64,000 nucleotides of DNA from Veleropilina oligotropha (GCA_048128005.1 JBEUKZ010000054.1:372001-436000), one strand, 5' to 3'. Numbered from the stretch's first letter, positions 21,034-32,227 are shown. Numbers and translations are program-made. Notes: generated by a model not told the origin, from the sequence alone.

Positions 21034-23277
21034 ATGGTCCGGTGCAGTAGCTCCGGGTGTAACCAGAAAATTCACGCATTTGATAGGCACAAGGAATGTT
21101 GTACTCATCGTAGCTGTAGTATACATCATCAATGTGATCTGTGCTTTCTTCTATCAGATAAGCAGTGGGCAACCCTGTCTCACCACGGTAAGTCGACCAG
21201 GGCGACTGCCACGGTGGGTCCTCCCGTGGAGAAGGGTCATGAAGAGACCGGTAAGTTACCTAACGTTTCTTCTTTGTCTGCTTCAGGGACGCTGGACGAC
21301 AGCCGACAGACGTCTGTCGCCGGATCCACCGGCGAAACCTCCGCGACTCTTGGGAGAGTCACCGAAACCTTGCCGGTACCCCAGATTCAGGTAAAGACCC
21401 GAGTGTCGACCGTTCCTCCACAACTGGGCCTAGTAACTGCAGTCAGCCATACCTTGCCGGCTAGCAAGGTATACATGACAGCGCAGCGAACAGCTGAACA
21501 GGGCAGACTATCCCCATCCTTTTCTTCGGCCTCGAAGAATAAGGGGACAGTTAGTCCTTCTGCGGGAAACTCACCGTCTTCCTACGGTGACAGACCCAAT
21601 GCAGAGAAAGCCTTTAAAGAGGCCGGGCACCTACTTGTAGGTCTAAGACTCGGACAATCGGCGAAACCTGAATCCTCGGTCGAGAACGATGCGACTTCCC
21701 CTAGGGGTTTTCCGCTCAACCTCGAAGCTCACGAGACATTCAGAGGGCCCGGTCTCTCCCGTGCACCCACCGTGGTCACGCTAGAGAACGTGGACAGACC
21801 GGCTGCGTTCGGGACGGGGTTCTACGGCGGTTTTCCGTCCGTGCCTCGCTCGAACAGAGTGGTAGACCGATCAGAACTGTTGCCGCAGTCCTATCGGTCG
21901 TCCGGCCCACTGACTGCGCCTCCGGGCCAGTCCTTCGGGTTCGACCCCTCGACAAGTGCCCGTGGACCCTGGTCCTCGGTTCGACCTGTCAATGCAGCCC
22001 GTCTACCTAGCGCCACGGTTACCTCGACAGAACTACCGGCTGTTAGTTCGTCGCCCGTCCTGCCTCCGGGTTTCTCTTTTGAGAACGTCCAGGCATGGAT
22101 CGCGGCGGGGATCGAGGAACGGTGTAAGGCCTGGCCGACGGCTCCCGAGCCGCACCTGGTACCTACACTTCTGCCCATGGCGCAGAGCACGGCTCCTGCC
22201 TCAGTGATAGACATCGACCCTCGTTCCAACGAGGATCTCTGTTCAAATCACTCCGACCTCCCTGAATCGGTCGGGTCCGAAGACATTAGTCTTACAGGCA
22301 TGCAGGAGCCGACCTCCTCCACCCGCCGAAGGCTCGACGCTGTTGCGTCACTTCGCGGGGTGCTTGGCTTGTCGGAACCGACTCGGTCGGCTGTAGACGT
22401 AGCCAAGCATAGGACGGCAGCACATCGGTTTGTTGCGAGGGAAGCCCCCGAGCTCCCCTCCTTACCTCAGTCCGGGCTGGTGGATCTTGTTGTAGACTCG
22501 ATCACCAAGCTCGTTCAGGGGCGCAATCCGGTGGAGTCCTCCCCGCTGAACGAGTTCCCTTCGGGGTTCCGTAGTGGGAGGTACCTCCGGGCCAGTACTC
22601 GAGCGACCCCGTTCGAATGCACTGGCCCGTGCCTGGCGACTGAGCCGGCTCGTGTTGACGCTTCGTTGCGTCGACTGACCGCCAGTCACACTCCCTCCGT
22701 AGCGAAAGTTCCTTGGTCCGCCTTGGAAGCTTTCGAGAGCTCCGCCCGACGGGCTCTGCGGCTATCGTCCGTTCAGGATTTTTTCCTAGACGGGGCGATA
22801 GCCGTATTACAGGAGAATGGACCCGGCGCCACCGAGGCTGCCCTGTCCTTCCTCCAGGAGGTTGCTGCCGCGCAGGAGACCAGCGCGTTGGAGACGGGAC
22901 GTGTCCTGGGCAATGCCCTCCTACTACGTAGGGATGCTTGCCTGGAAGGTACCTCGCTGGACGAGCCCACCCGGCGCTCGTTGCGATGCGTACCTTGCTC
23001 GGCCACCACTCTCTTTGGTGACAACTTCACGGAGTTTGTTGACAAGAGAGCGGCGGACATTAAGGACCGTGCCATCGAGAAGGCAGTACTGCTCCCCACC
23101 CGGGGTCCACCTGCCAACTCGAAGAAGCGCTCCGGGCCCACCCCGGCCCCGAAGCCTTCTAAGCGTGCGAAGCCCTCTTCGGGTGGTAGGCCTCCGGCCA
23201 ATAAACCCACTCCAAAGAGGCGAGCACCTCCAGCGAAATCCCGCAAGCAGAGCGGGATAGGGAAGCCTCGGCCCTAG
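21034..23277 (+). CDS. gag: DIRS Gag (copy A), 747 aa
   Basis: Homologous to copy C gag with a few substitutions and a 6-bp deletion. Confidence 0.85.
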   Translation: MVRCSSSGCNQKIHAFDRHKECCTHRSCSIHHQCDLCFLLSDKQWATLSHHGKSTRATATVGPPVEKGHEETGKLPNVSSLSASGTLDDSRQTSVAGSTGETSATLGRVTETLPVPQIQVKTRVSTVPPQLGLVTAVSHTLPASKVYMTAQRTAEQGRLSPSFSSASKNKGTVSPSAGNSPSSYGDRPNAEKAFKEAGHLLVGLRLGQSAKPESSVENDATSPRGFPLNLEAHETFRGPGLSRAPTVVTLENVDRPAAFGTGFYGGFPSVPRSNRVVDRSELLPQSYRSSGPLTAPPGQSFGFDPSTSARGPWSSVRPVNAARLPSATVTSTELPAVSSSPVLPPGFSFENVQAWIAAGIEERCKAWPTAPEPHLVPTLLPMAQSTAPASVIDIDPRSNEDLCSNHSDLPESVGSEDISLTGMQEPTSSTRRRLDAVASLRGVLGLSEPTRSAVDVAKHRTAAHRFVAREAPELPSLPQSGLVDLVVDSITKLVQGRNPVESSPLNEFPSGFRSGRYLRASTRATPFECTGPCLATEPARVDASLRRLTASHTPSVAKVPWSALEAFESSARRALRLSSVQDFFLDGAIAVLQENGPGATEAALSFLQEVAAAQETSALETGRVLGNALLLRRDACLEGTSLDEPTRRSLRCVPCSATTLFGDNFTEFVDKRAADIKDRAIEKAVLLPTRGPPANSKKRSGPTPAPKPSKRAKPSSGGRPPANKPTPKRRAPPAKSRKQSGIGKPRP

Positions 23278-23320
23278 GGCTGCCGGCATTCGCGACGGCC
23301 CCAGCTGCCCGCTCCCGCCG

Positions 23321-25351
23321 GTGGGAGCGTGCCTGTTAGCACACAGCCAGCCCTGGCTAGAGCTGACAGACAGCAACTGGGTCCACTTAGTCGTGAGTGC
23401 CGGATACAAGTTGGCATTCAACCGGCATCCGACCTTAACCGAGGCACCACCAACAAGACACGCTCGACTCCTAAACGGAGAGAAACAAGCGGTCTTAGAC
23501 CAGGCAGTGCGGGATTTGCTCCTAAAAAGAGCGATATATCCCGCGCCGCCCAGCACACCAGGATTTTACAGCCATTTCTTCCTGGTCCCGAAACCCGATG
23601 GCCGCTGGAGACCGATCCTCGATCTCTCGTACTTAAACCTATATCTTCGTACCGAGAAATTCCAGCAAGAAACCCTCTCAAAGATTCGAGCGGCCATCCG
23701 TCCGGGCGACTGGGCAGCGTCTATCGATCTCGCCGACGCGTATCTGCATGTCCCGATGCATATCACGGCTCATCAGTACCTTCGGTTTATACACGGGGAG
23801 ACGATCTACCAATTCAGGTGCCTACCGTTCGGTCTATCGTCAGCCCCGTACGTCTTCACGAGAACAGTACAGGCCCTGGGGGCCTTCCTACACTCTCTAG
23901 GGCACAGGGTACATATGTACCTCGACGACTGGCTGATCCTCGGGGCGTCCCGAGATCTGTGCCTCCGGTCTACGAGCTTTACCCTGTCATCGACGAAGCG
24001 CCTGGGATTTCAGATCAACGAGACAAAATCCTGCTTCGTGCCCTCGACGACGTTTACGTTCCTCGGAGTCGACTTCGATACGGTCCGGTACACCGCGAAG
24101 CCGACCCAGAAGCGTATGCGGAACCTACGCGCGGTTATCCAAGACACCCTGTCATCGGACATAACTACGGCGCGACAACTGGCCACTGTCCTGGGGCACA
24201 TCGAGTCGGTAGCGCCCCTGCTACCGACGGGTCGCATGGACAAAAGACCGTTACAACAGGCTTTCAGGGATCGCTGGATACAACGGACGGGGCAGTGGAA
24301 GGATCGCATCGATCTACGGCATTGGTTTACCGACACGACAGCAGTGTGGTTGAACCCCGCTTTGCCGGACCAGTCGGTTCCTATATCCCCACCAGAGCCG
24401 AACGCTTACCTGTTCACAGACGCTTCGAACGACGGCTGGGGTGGTCACCTCGACAGTTACGAGACATCAGGCCTATGGCCGACAGACCTTCAGGGACGAC
24501 ATATCAACTTCCTAGAGTTAGAAGCCGTCTTCCTGTCAGTACGGTCCCTCTCGTCACATCTCCGCAACAAGCATATAATGCTCGCCACGGACAACACGAC
24601 TGTCGTCGCTTACATACAGCACCAGGGCGGTACACGCTCGCGTCCCCTATGCGACCGAGCAATAGACCTACACCGCTTAGTGATGTCCCTCAACTCGACG
24701 ATTCGAGCCCGACACATCCCGGGAAAGCTGAATGTCAGAGCGGATTCGCTCTCTCGGAGATCACAGATTATACACACAGAATGGACGCTACACAGCCGAG
24801 TAGCTCGGGATGTTTGCCGCCGGTGGTCGCAACCCCAAGTCGACTTGTTTGCAACAGAATTCAATTACCGACTACCTCTGTATGTCTCCCCGTACCCAGA
24901 CCCGGCCGCCCTGGCGGTCGACGCAATGTCAATGACATGGGAGAATCTGTCCGCGTATGCCTTCCCCCCGACGTGCATTCTATCACTGGTATTACAGAAG
25001 GCAGCGACCGAACGTTGCGAGATAACGCTAATAGCGCCCCTTTATCGCACGCAACCTTGGTTTCCGACCCTCCTCGATCTGATCGTCGATCGACCGTTAG
25101 CGTTACCGCAGAAACTAGACCTGTTAATGCAACCACGCACCCGTGTACTCCACGAGTCGCCGAACCACTTACGTTTACACGCCTGGCGGTTATCGAACGA
25201 TCCCTTGCTAAGAAAGGATTTTCTAAAGCTACAGCCTTACGTATCTATCGATCGAGAAGGATTTCCACTACAAAAGTCTATGACTACCGATGGGTTAAGT
25301 ACGTGGATTGGTGTCACAGCAGGCAGATCAATATACTCCGTCCCCCTGTGA
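23321..25351 (+). CDS. pol: DIRS Pol RT/RNaseH/MT (copy A)
   Basis: Same motifs as copy C; one Y>F difference seen. Confidence 0.95.
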   Translation: MGACLLAHSQPWLELTDSNWVHLVVSAGYKLAFNRHPTLTEAPPTRHARLLNGEKQAVLDQAVRDLLLKRAIYPAPPSTPGFYSHFFLVPKPDGRWRPILDLSYLNLYLRTEKFQQETLSKIRAAIRPGDWAASIDLADAYLHVPMHITAHQYLRFIHGETIYQFRCLPFGLSSAPYVFTRTVQALGAFLHSLGHRVHMYLDDWLILGASRDLCLRSTSFTLSSTKRLGFQINETKSCFVPSTTFTFLGVDFDTVRYTAKPTQKRMRNLRAVIQDTLSSDITTARQLATVLGHIESVAPLLPTGRMDKRPLQQAFRDRWIQRTGQWKDRIDLRHWFTDTTAVWLNPALPDQSVPISPPEPNAYLFTDASNDGWGGHLDSYETSGLWPTDLQGRHINFLELEAVFLSVRSLSSHLRNKHIMLATDNTTVVAYIQHQGGTRSRPLCDRAIDLHRLVMSLNSTIRARHIPGKLNVRADSLSRRSQIIHTEWTLHSRVARDVCRRWSQPQVDLFATEFNYRLPLYVSPYPDPAALAVDAMSMTWENLSAYAFPPTCILSLVLQKAATERCEITLIAPLYRTQPWFPTLLDLIVDRPLALPQKLDLLMQPRTRVLHESPNHLRLHAWRLSNDPLLRKDFLKLQPYVSIDREGFPLQKSMTTDGLSTWIGVTAGRSIYSVPL

Positions 25352-26262
25352 ACAAGTTTATCGAGTTTTTATCGTCGCTCTTCGACCGCGGTATGTCAGT
25401 GTCCGCCGTCAAAGGCTATCGGGCAACGATCGCGACCACGCTAAAGCAGTGTCGTGCCCATGCTGGCCTATCAAGCGACCGAACGATATCAGATTTTATA
25501 CGATCTTATGAACTCGAGATACCGACCCGAAGAATTAAGCCACCTGCCTGGAATATCGTACTTATTCTTAACGCATTACTCTTACCACCGTATGAGCCGA
25601 TGTCCGAGATAACCATGAGGAACTTGACGCACAAAACAGTTTTTCTGATCGCCTTAGCGTCGGGCAGGCGTTGTTCCGAGATTCATGCTTTCTCCTCCGA
25701 GCTAAGAGACATACGATTCCAGTCAGACGGGTCGGTGATACTGCGTCCCATTCTGGGCTTCTTAGCCAAGAACCAGCGGCCGAACGAGGACGCACCCGAT
25801 GTTGTTATTCCCAAGCTAACGCTAGTCGGAAGGCGCGACGCAGACCGCTTCAATTGCCCGGTCCGGGCGCTTCGATTCTACCTAGACAGAACCCGTGAGT
25901 TGCGACAGGGAAAATTACGTTTATTCATTTCGTATTTGCCCACCTACACCCGCGACATTACGAGGACTACTGTTTCGCGGTGGATTTCACAAACTGTGAG
26001 AGATGTTTACATCCGTTGTGATGACGACGACCGAACTATTTTATCGGTCCGCGCACATGAGGTCCGGGCCATTGCAGCGTCTGTAGCCTTCCGACATAAT
26101 TTAAATATCAATGCGTTACTACAGGCCGGATATTGGAAAAACGCTAACGTGTTTGTAAAACATTATCTGCGCGACTACTCAACCGGGGCTGATGGCCTAA
26201 GCAGTTTACACTGTGTTGCTGCACAACGGGTTATTGTTAGACCGAGGTCTTCTAATCAGTAA
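23329..26262 (+). CDS. DIRS tyrosine recombinase ORF (copy A); frame open from 23278
   Basis: Intact R-HxxR-W-Y motifs as in copy C. Confidence 0.93.
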   Translation: MPVSTQPALARADRQQLGPLSRECRIQVGIQPASDLNRGTTNKTRSTPKRRETSGLRPGSAGFAPKKSDISRAAQHTRILQPFLPGPETRWPLETDPRSLVLKPISSYREIPARNPLKDSSGHPSGRLGSVYRSRRRVSACPDAYHGSSVPSVYTRGDDLPIQVPTVRSIVSPVRLHENSTGPGGLPTLSRAQGTYVPRRLADPRGVPRSVPPVYELYPVIDEAPGISDQRDKILLRALDDVYVPRSRLRYGPVHREADPEAYAEPTRGYPRHPVIGHNYGATTGHCPGAHRVGSAPATDGSHGQKTVTTGFQGSLDTTDGAVEGSHRSTALVYRHDSSVVEPRFAGPVGSYIPTRAERLPVHRRFERRLGWSPRQLRDIRPMADRPSGTTYQLPRVRSRLPVSTVPLVTSPQQAYNARHGQHDCRRLHTAPGRYTLASPMRPSNRPTPLSDVPQLDDSSPTHPGKAECQSGFALSEITDYTHRMDATQPSSSGCLPPVVATPSRLVCNRIQLPTTSVCLPVPRPGRPGGRRNVNDMGESVRVCLPPDVHSITGITEGSDRTLRDNANSAPLSHATLVSDPPRSDRRSTVSVTAETRPVNATTHPCTPRVAEPLTFTRLAVIERSLAKKGFSKATALRIYRSRRISTTKVYDYRWVKYVDWCHSRQINILRPPVNKFIEFLSSLFDRGMSVSAVKGYRATIATTLKQCRAHAGLSSDRTISDFIRSYELEIPTRRIKPPAWNIVLILNALLLPPYEPMSEITMRNLTHKTVFLIALASGRRCSEIHAFSSELRDIRFQSDGSVILRPILGFLAKNQRPNEDAPDVVIPKLTLVGRRDADRFNCPVRALRFYLDRTRELRQGKLRLFISYLPTYTRDITRTTVSRWISQTVRDVYIRCDDDDRTILSVRAHEVRAIAASVAFRHNLNINALLQAGYWKNANVFVKHYLRDYSTGADGLSSLHCVAAQRVIVRPRSSNQ

Positions 26263-27799
26263 GTATTGTTCTCTGATTGCTCATTTGCATATTTACTGAC
26301 GCCATTTTATTTTCGTTGGCCAAACGGTGCTATGTAATTAACACCTATGGGGCAGTTCAATGTCTGTTCATTTCTTAAATCTAATTTAAGATTTTGTACT
26401 TCTCATGTCAGACTGAGTGTTGACATAAGCCAGATCACATTGAATTTAATAAAACAACTTTGATAATTTTGCACAAATCTTAAAAAGATTAGGGTTCAAT
26501 ATTATTATGTTCTTTGCTGTAATCGAACATACGATGTTCAATACATTTAAAATGTTGATTCCTTAACATTTATTTTTAAGTAACATGTCGAACATTTTTG
26601 CTTCCTTAAAATTTATTTTAAGTAACATGTCGTCCATGTTAGCGTTCGCAAGTTGGTCATACGAACTACTTATTAATATCGATTATTATATAATCTATTA
26701 ATTCTTTGCTTTTGATTTTAAAGCTTTCACAACCTGTTAGGTTCCGTGTGCTTACAAATCCGACTGCATCCTCTGGCTACCGGCCTATAGGCCCGGAGAC
26801 CCATTTGGCTGCCACTGGTCCATGACACGTAAGACCTACAGGGATTTATCCTTCCGGCCGTGCCAGGGGCTGATTGCACTTCCGTTCACCTCGTCCGACT
26901 AACACCACGGCGTATTCTCCCGGTAACACTGGTCGAAATTCTCGCCTGGTAAGAGTAGAATATAATACTCAGTAAAAAATTCCACTCTAGGCGGACACAC
27001 TCGACGCTTCATGCTGATCGAATTGGTGAAAAGTAAGTCATTATCTTGTTTGGGTTTGTTGTAAGGAACGTCTTACCCACCTATCCAAGGTTATTCTGGC
27101 AAGAGTAAGGACGTAAGTATGTTTGTAACTATATATGAGGTTTTAATGTAAACCTAATATTAGTATAAAACATACTTACGTCCTTACACGATTACCCACC
27201 CTGCGTTCGCATTCCTCCCCTCTACTACGTTCCTTTGTGGTTTTTGAACTTTGAATTGATGTCATGTGACTTCTATTGTTCAGAAGTCTCACGAGACTTG
27301 GCGAAGTCTCGCTAGGGAACGTGGGGGGTAGGAGCAGGGAAGGTGACCGTGTGCTTTTTTGGCTTATAACGGTGCATTATGGGACATATTCACCATTTCC
27401 GGTTTAGGCGATAATATGCTATTATGGCAAGAGTAAGGACGTAAGTATGTTTTATACTAATATTAGGTTTACATTAAAACCTCATTTCTTTAACACAACA
27501 AATACTATGTGTACAAATCGGAAGTTTCTTATTTTGTTCAGTATATAATGAAAATAAATAGGTTTTGATTGCAGCTTCTTAGTATTTATATTTTGTAAAT
27601 ATTGGGAACTTCACATATAAATGATGAGTTTGCAGTATACGTATATTTAAAGTTAAAAAGATTTATTTTAAATTATTATAAATTATATTTAATTTAATTG
27701 GTGCTCATGAAACAGCAGATAATGAATGACAACATCTGCCTGCAAATGGGATGCATCAGTCCTAAATTAAAATACATATTTATTTATATCTCCATACAG

Positions 27800-27884
27800 C
27801 AGGCACAGCTGTTGGATCCGACAGACGGGGGCATCACCGTGGCCATCAGCAAAACCAAGCAGCAAATAAGGAAAGTTGGCAAAG
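27800..27884 (+). CDS. TPR + 2TM protein exon
   Basis: QAQLLDPTDGGITVAISKTKQQIRKVGK, phase 0/1, completes TPR3 and the capping helix. Confidence 0.85.
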
Positions 27885-27906
27885 GTATAGCACTATAATA
27901 TTATAA

Positions 27907-28042
27907 GTTGTCGGCATTGCCCGAGGGGAATATGGGTCTATGTACCTGTTTGTGAGAATTTATTATCCGAGACGACGTCGCGGTTAATAAATTCTCACAA
28001 ACGGTACATAGACCCATATTTCACGAGGGCTATGCCGACAAC
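27907..28042. repeat. Long imperfect palindrome (probable non-autonomous element)
   Basis: GTTGTCGGCAT...TTTGTGAGAATTTATTA / TAATAAATTCTCACAAA...ATGCCGACAAC. Confidence 0.8.
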
Positions 28043-28797
28043 GAATTTATCTTACTTCAATATAATAAAATCATGCCTTCTGAACAAGTTTCTTTTCCAA
28101 CTTCGTAACTCTGTGAAAGAATCCATTTTATATATGCTATTGTTGTTACTAAAAAACCGTGTTCCTAAAATAATGTTTTCAGCTCTGTCGAAGATCATGT
28201 GTAAAACTCGTGTTCAATATAAAAATAATCCTTCCATTATAACTGTGATATTTTAGCATAATTGGCATGATTATTGAAAAATACACAAAGTATGTTTGTG
28301 GAAAATACATCCATACCAATATACATTATATAAAATATTGAAGATATTCTGACGCTCCCATTAGAATGAAATAATAATGCCTAGCAACCGTCACTCTCCA
28401 GGCAAAGAAATTAAGAATACTCCGTACAGAACGATAAAGAAATGACGTCTCTGCGCAGGAGAATAATAGGAAGTCGGAAGTAAACACCAAAATTAACTAA
28501 ATAAGGATAATTGATTATTCATTTTACATGAAAATGTCAAAAGTGTAAACCGTTACGACTATAAAATGAAATTGATGCGAAATTTTCGAAACGATGGACG
28601 ATTCCATTACTTAACATTTGCATTGATGTTTTGGCAGACGACATGTTCACAATTATCTCCCTTGTCTATGAGGGCGCTCCAAATCACTATAGTACACATA
28701 ACTACGTAAGGTATAAATAATTCATATACCCCGCCTGGGTGGGGAATACGGTAATTGTAGAAGGAATGTTAACCAATCAGATTGCAGTATTAAGAGC

Positions 28798-29948
28798 TAA
28801 GGCCAAACAAAAAATGTATTATGTTTCTGGTTTCCACGCACGTCAGTTCCAACCCTGCGCGTCAATATTTTTTATTTTTTGTAAACAAGGACAAGACATT
28901 ATCAAATGGTCCGTGTGCATATATATACTGTAATCAGGGTTTCGTTTCTAAGAAAGGTGGTCGCGCGCCAACTGTCTAGGCAAAACATTCTTTGACAAAA
29001 CGCAAAATATACCACTACAGGAATATATTGCATATAGATAGATATTGTATTGAAATAATATGGATAAAGTTACCTAATAATACCTTCATGCTGTAAATAT
29101 TATGCAGTGTTTACTCAATGAAAATGTTATAAATTCGTGGCAATCCACGCTGACAAAACAGTCCCTACTAATGGTATCTAGCCATGTCTGGGTTTCCCTC
29201 CCTCTCGGCTGTTCCAGTAACGTTAATAGACGGAACAGCCAAATTTGCTCCCGAGATCAAACGCAATAATTTATCAACAGATCTGAGGAAACACGTCACA
29301 AGCACGATCCCTAATTTGCATACATGTCGCAAAACACAGTCCTGGGCACTGACATCAATATTAAAGAAAGGTCAAAGCTTATGAAATGGATTATTTATTG
29401 GACGGAAAATAAAAATGAAAGGGCACAGAAAGAGAAAACAACAAATTAAGCAATATAAAAAATAATAATGCATGATCATGATGACAAAATAAAAAGTTAT
29501 TTTATATTTACAAGAAATATAATAGTGAACACTGAATTGACTGTATATGTATGTATGCAATGCATGTACATGTGTGCTGCATGCACACACACACATATAT
29601 ATATAATATATATACCCTCGATTTATTTGAAAACTACTGGATTAAATTTCACTAAAATTGGTATATATGCATTCCCACGAGTATTTATTGGTCGTGTTAA
29701 ACTTTAGTGACACAATATTTGCAAGATGTGCATAATATAGCAACCTTTATCCATCGCATTACTAAAGAATACTAGTTATTAATTCCTAAGACGTCATTTT
29801 GTCAGAGTTTCCATTTTTGCTCTTTGGAAGTACGTATACCATGCTGAAATAAAAAAATTCCCAGATAAAAAAAAACAAACCGCATGGCCGCATCATTTCT
29901 CAGGTGACCATGATACCAGAAACATAACATTTTTTTTTTTTTGCCTAA
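28798..29948. mobile_element. Putative non-autonomous TIR DNA transposon
   Basis: TAAGGCCAAACAAAAAATGTATTATGTTTCTGG and CCAGAAACATAACATTTTTTTTTTTTTGCCTAA are imperfect inverted ends. Confidence 0.5.
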
Positions 29949-30133
29949 AGTAAGATAAATATTTATATTGCACATTTGTTGACATCATTCTACACACATT
30001 CCTTTATCATGTTATGAGAACCTTACATAATTAATTCTAGAGCTGTGCAACTCGCAGTGCGTGCATTCAGAGTTATTTTTAGCCTGTTGAGGTCAGACGA
30101 GTGTATAGCAGGAGGAAGGGGTTGGAGTTTTAT

Positions 30134-31306
30134 TATTATGCCACAGGACGATAGTCCCGAAGGGCATACTGCTTTCACTGAGTCTGTTTGTTTGTCCGGA
30201 TTTGGTAGTTTTTCATTGAGTGTATATGGGTTGTGGAATGCACTTTTTTTGCATGCATATGCAATGGCAATGGTTATATGGATGCCTGCTGATACTCTGA
30301 CATGGATATTGAATGGAATTTCATATAATTAATGCCTGAAATTGGTGTTCTTTGACATAAAAATTAAAGGTTTTCATTGGACATATACGGGTTGCTCAAG
30401 GCTCTTATTTGCTTAAATATGCATTGATAATGGTTATGTGGATGTCAACTGATACTGTGGCACTGATATTGAATGGAATTTAATATAAATAATGCCAAAT
30501 TGGTGTTTTTGGACATAGACAATTTGGTTAAAGTTTTAATTTGGGCTTATATGGTTGCTTAAGGCTCCTCTTTACATACATGTGCAGTGGTAGTGGTTAA
30601 ATGGATGCCTGCTGATACAATGGCACTGATATTGAATGGAATTTAATATAATTAATGCCTGAAATTAGTGTTCTTGGACATAGAAATTTTGGGTAAAGTT
30701 TTGGTTAAAGTTTTTTACTGGGTGCATATAGGTTGCTCAATGCTCTTATTTTCTTAAATATGCATTGATAATGGTTATATGGATGTCACTGGATACTCTA
30801 ACATTGATATTGAATGGAATTTAAAATAAATAATGCCTGAAATTGGTGTTTGTGGACATTTTGGTTAAAGTTTTTGTTTAAAGTTTTTCAATGGTCGCAT
30901 ATGTGTTGCTTAAGGCTCTTCTTTGCATACATGTGCATTGGTAATGCACATATGGATGCCTGCTGATACTCTGGCACTGATGTTGAATGGAATTTAATAT
31001 AATTACGTACGTGCGCATCAATTCACTCCTGGGATTGTCCAATGAGTGGAGTTCCTGTGTGCCACCAACATCCTTTGTGATATGACATTGTACAACATTT
31101 AGGATAGATAAAATCATGTGGTATAGAGATGTTAAACAGGGGGCCTGAGTATAATATGACTGAACAATGGTTGGAGTGGTTGTTAACAATTACCTTGTTT
31201 AAAGATTTAAATATGTGTTTGATAGTCATAAAGCTATTGGCAAAGTACGGCATCCGGTGTCTTCATCTCGGGGCATATCCATGTTTCGGGGAACATATTT
31301 CTAGTT
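30134..31306 (+). mobile_element. HINE-like element with degenerate internal tandem repeats (about 160-190 bp)
   Basis: 5' TTATGCC..., repeated GATATTGAATGGAATTTAATATAA, 3' GGGGCATA + hairpin + TTCTAGTT. Confidence 0.65.
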
Positions 31307-31581
31307 AGATACTAAATTCTAGTTATCATTATTACTTTTGCAATTCGATCACCAATAATTGCTATTTTTAATACGAATTGTACAAATAAAGTTACCTCCG
31401 TCGAGAACGTTATGTTTCTGGCAGCAGTCCTTTGGCCAAACATTGATTAGACTTTGGTGGTGATCTGTAAATCATGTCAGAGCAGCCATGGCAGAGGTCT
31501 GCGCTCTTGGAATACTTTCTAGCTTTTACGTTAATGTTCGTCATGTAGTTGAAGGTCATTCGATCATGTTCTCTGTTTCAG

Positions 31582-31682
31582 ATATTAAACAGTCCAGGAT
31601 GTTATTTATTATTGTGGGAACGGTGCTAGGTTTCCTAATACTCGTTGCAGACCAGTATATCGCAAAAACCCCAATGCTGAAT
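31582..31682 (+). CDS. TPR + 2TM protein exon (TM1)
   Basis: DIKQSRMLFIIVGTVLGFLILVADQYIAKTPMLN, phase 1/0, TTTCAG acceptor and GTAAGT donor. Confidence 0.82.
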
Positions 31683-31886
31683 GTAAGTAAAATGAACTTA
31701 AAAGCATTATCTAAGCAAAGTACTAAAAACTAGCATATCAATTATGTAGGTGGAGTGCACATTAACTATGATCTTTTTAATAACAAAGAAATAAAAAGAA
31801 GATATGTCTCTCAAGATCATTTTCTTTATAGAAATTCTTTATAAGACAATTTATGAAATTGCTTATTTAGATCTATTTACTTACAG

Positions 31887-31957
31887 AATATTTTGCTTCA
31901 AGTGTCGTTGGTGGGCACCTTCGGCGGCCTCGGGTTCATGTGCTTTAAAGGATACAT
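31887..31957 (+). CDS. TPR + 2TM protein exon (TM2)
   Basis: NILLQVSLVGTFGGLGFMCFKGY, phase 0/2, TTACAG acceptor and GTAAGT donor. Confidence 0.82.
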
Positions 31958-32227
31958 GTAAGTAGCGTACATTCAAGACCACTGAGGATGGACAGTAGTT
32001 ACATCGATTGGCAACTAATTATCAAAAGTTTTCAGTGCAAATATAAAGCATTTGGCAACTGTAATCAGAACTGGATCTTGGCCAAAATATGATCACCTTA
32101 AAGTTTCATCAAATCTATGTGTTCGTTTTTTTTAGTAATTCAGCCATTAGACTTATATTACAAGTAAAACATCCATCCATTGCTATCAAAGTTGACAGAG
32201 GTAATATATAAACTTATTTGCAAATAT

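Larger units (their letters stand above)
5152..27485 (+). mobile_element. DIRS1-type retrotransposon copy A (outermost; coding frames intact)
   Basis: Left terminus ATATATAGTTACAAAC at 5152, 5' part to 6100, resumes at 20989, ICR 27097-27187, right terminus CCTCAT at 27485; both ITRs share private variants. Confidence 0.93.
3336..27543 (-). mobile_element. Degenerate Tc1/mariner DNA transposon (about 1.3 kb net) interrupted by a HINE-like element and the DIRS nest
   Basis: TIRs TACTGAACAAAAGAAGAAATTTC (3336) and GAAGTTTCTTATTTTGTTCAGTA (ending 27543), each flanked by TA; transposase remnants inside. Confidence 0.85.

Noticed and set aside
7154..26262. Short antisense and alternate-frame ORFs inside gag, pol and YR
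   Set aside because: Expected in GC-rich coding DNA; repeated only because the copies are nearly identical
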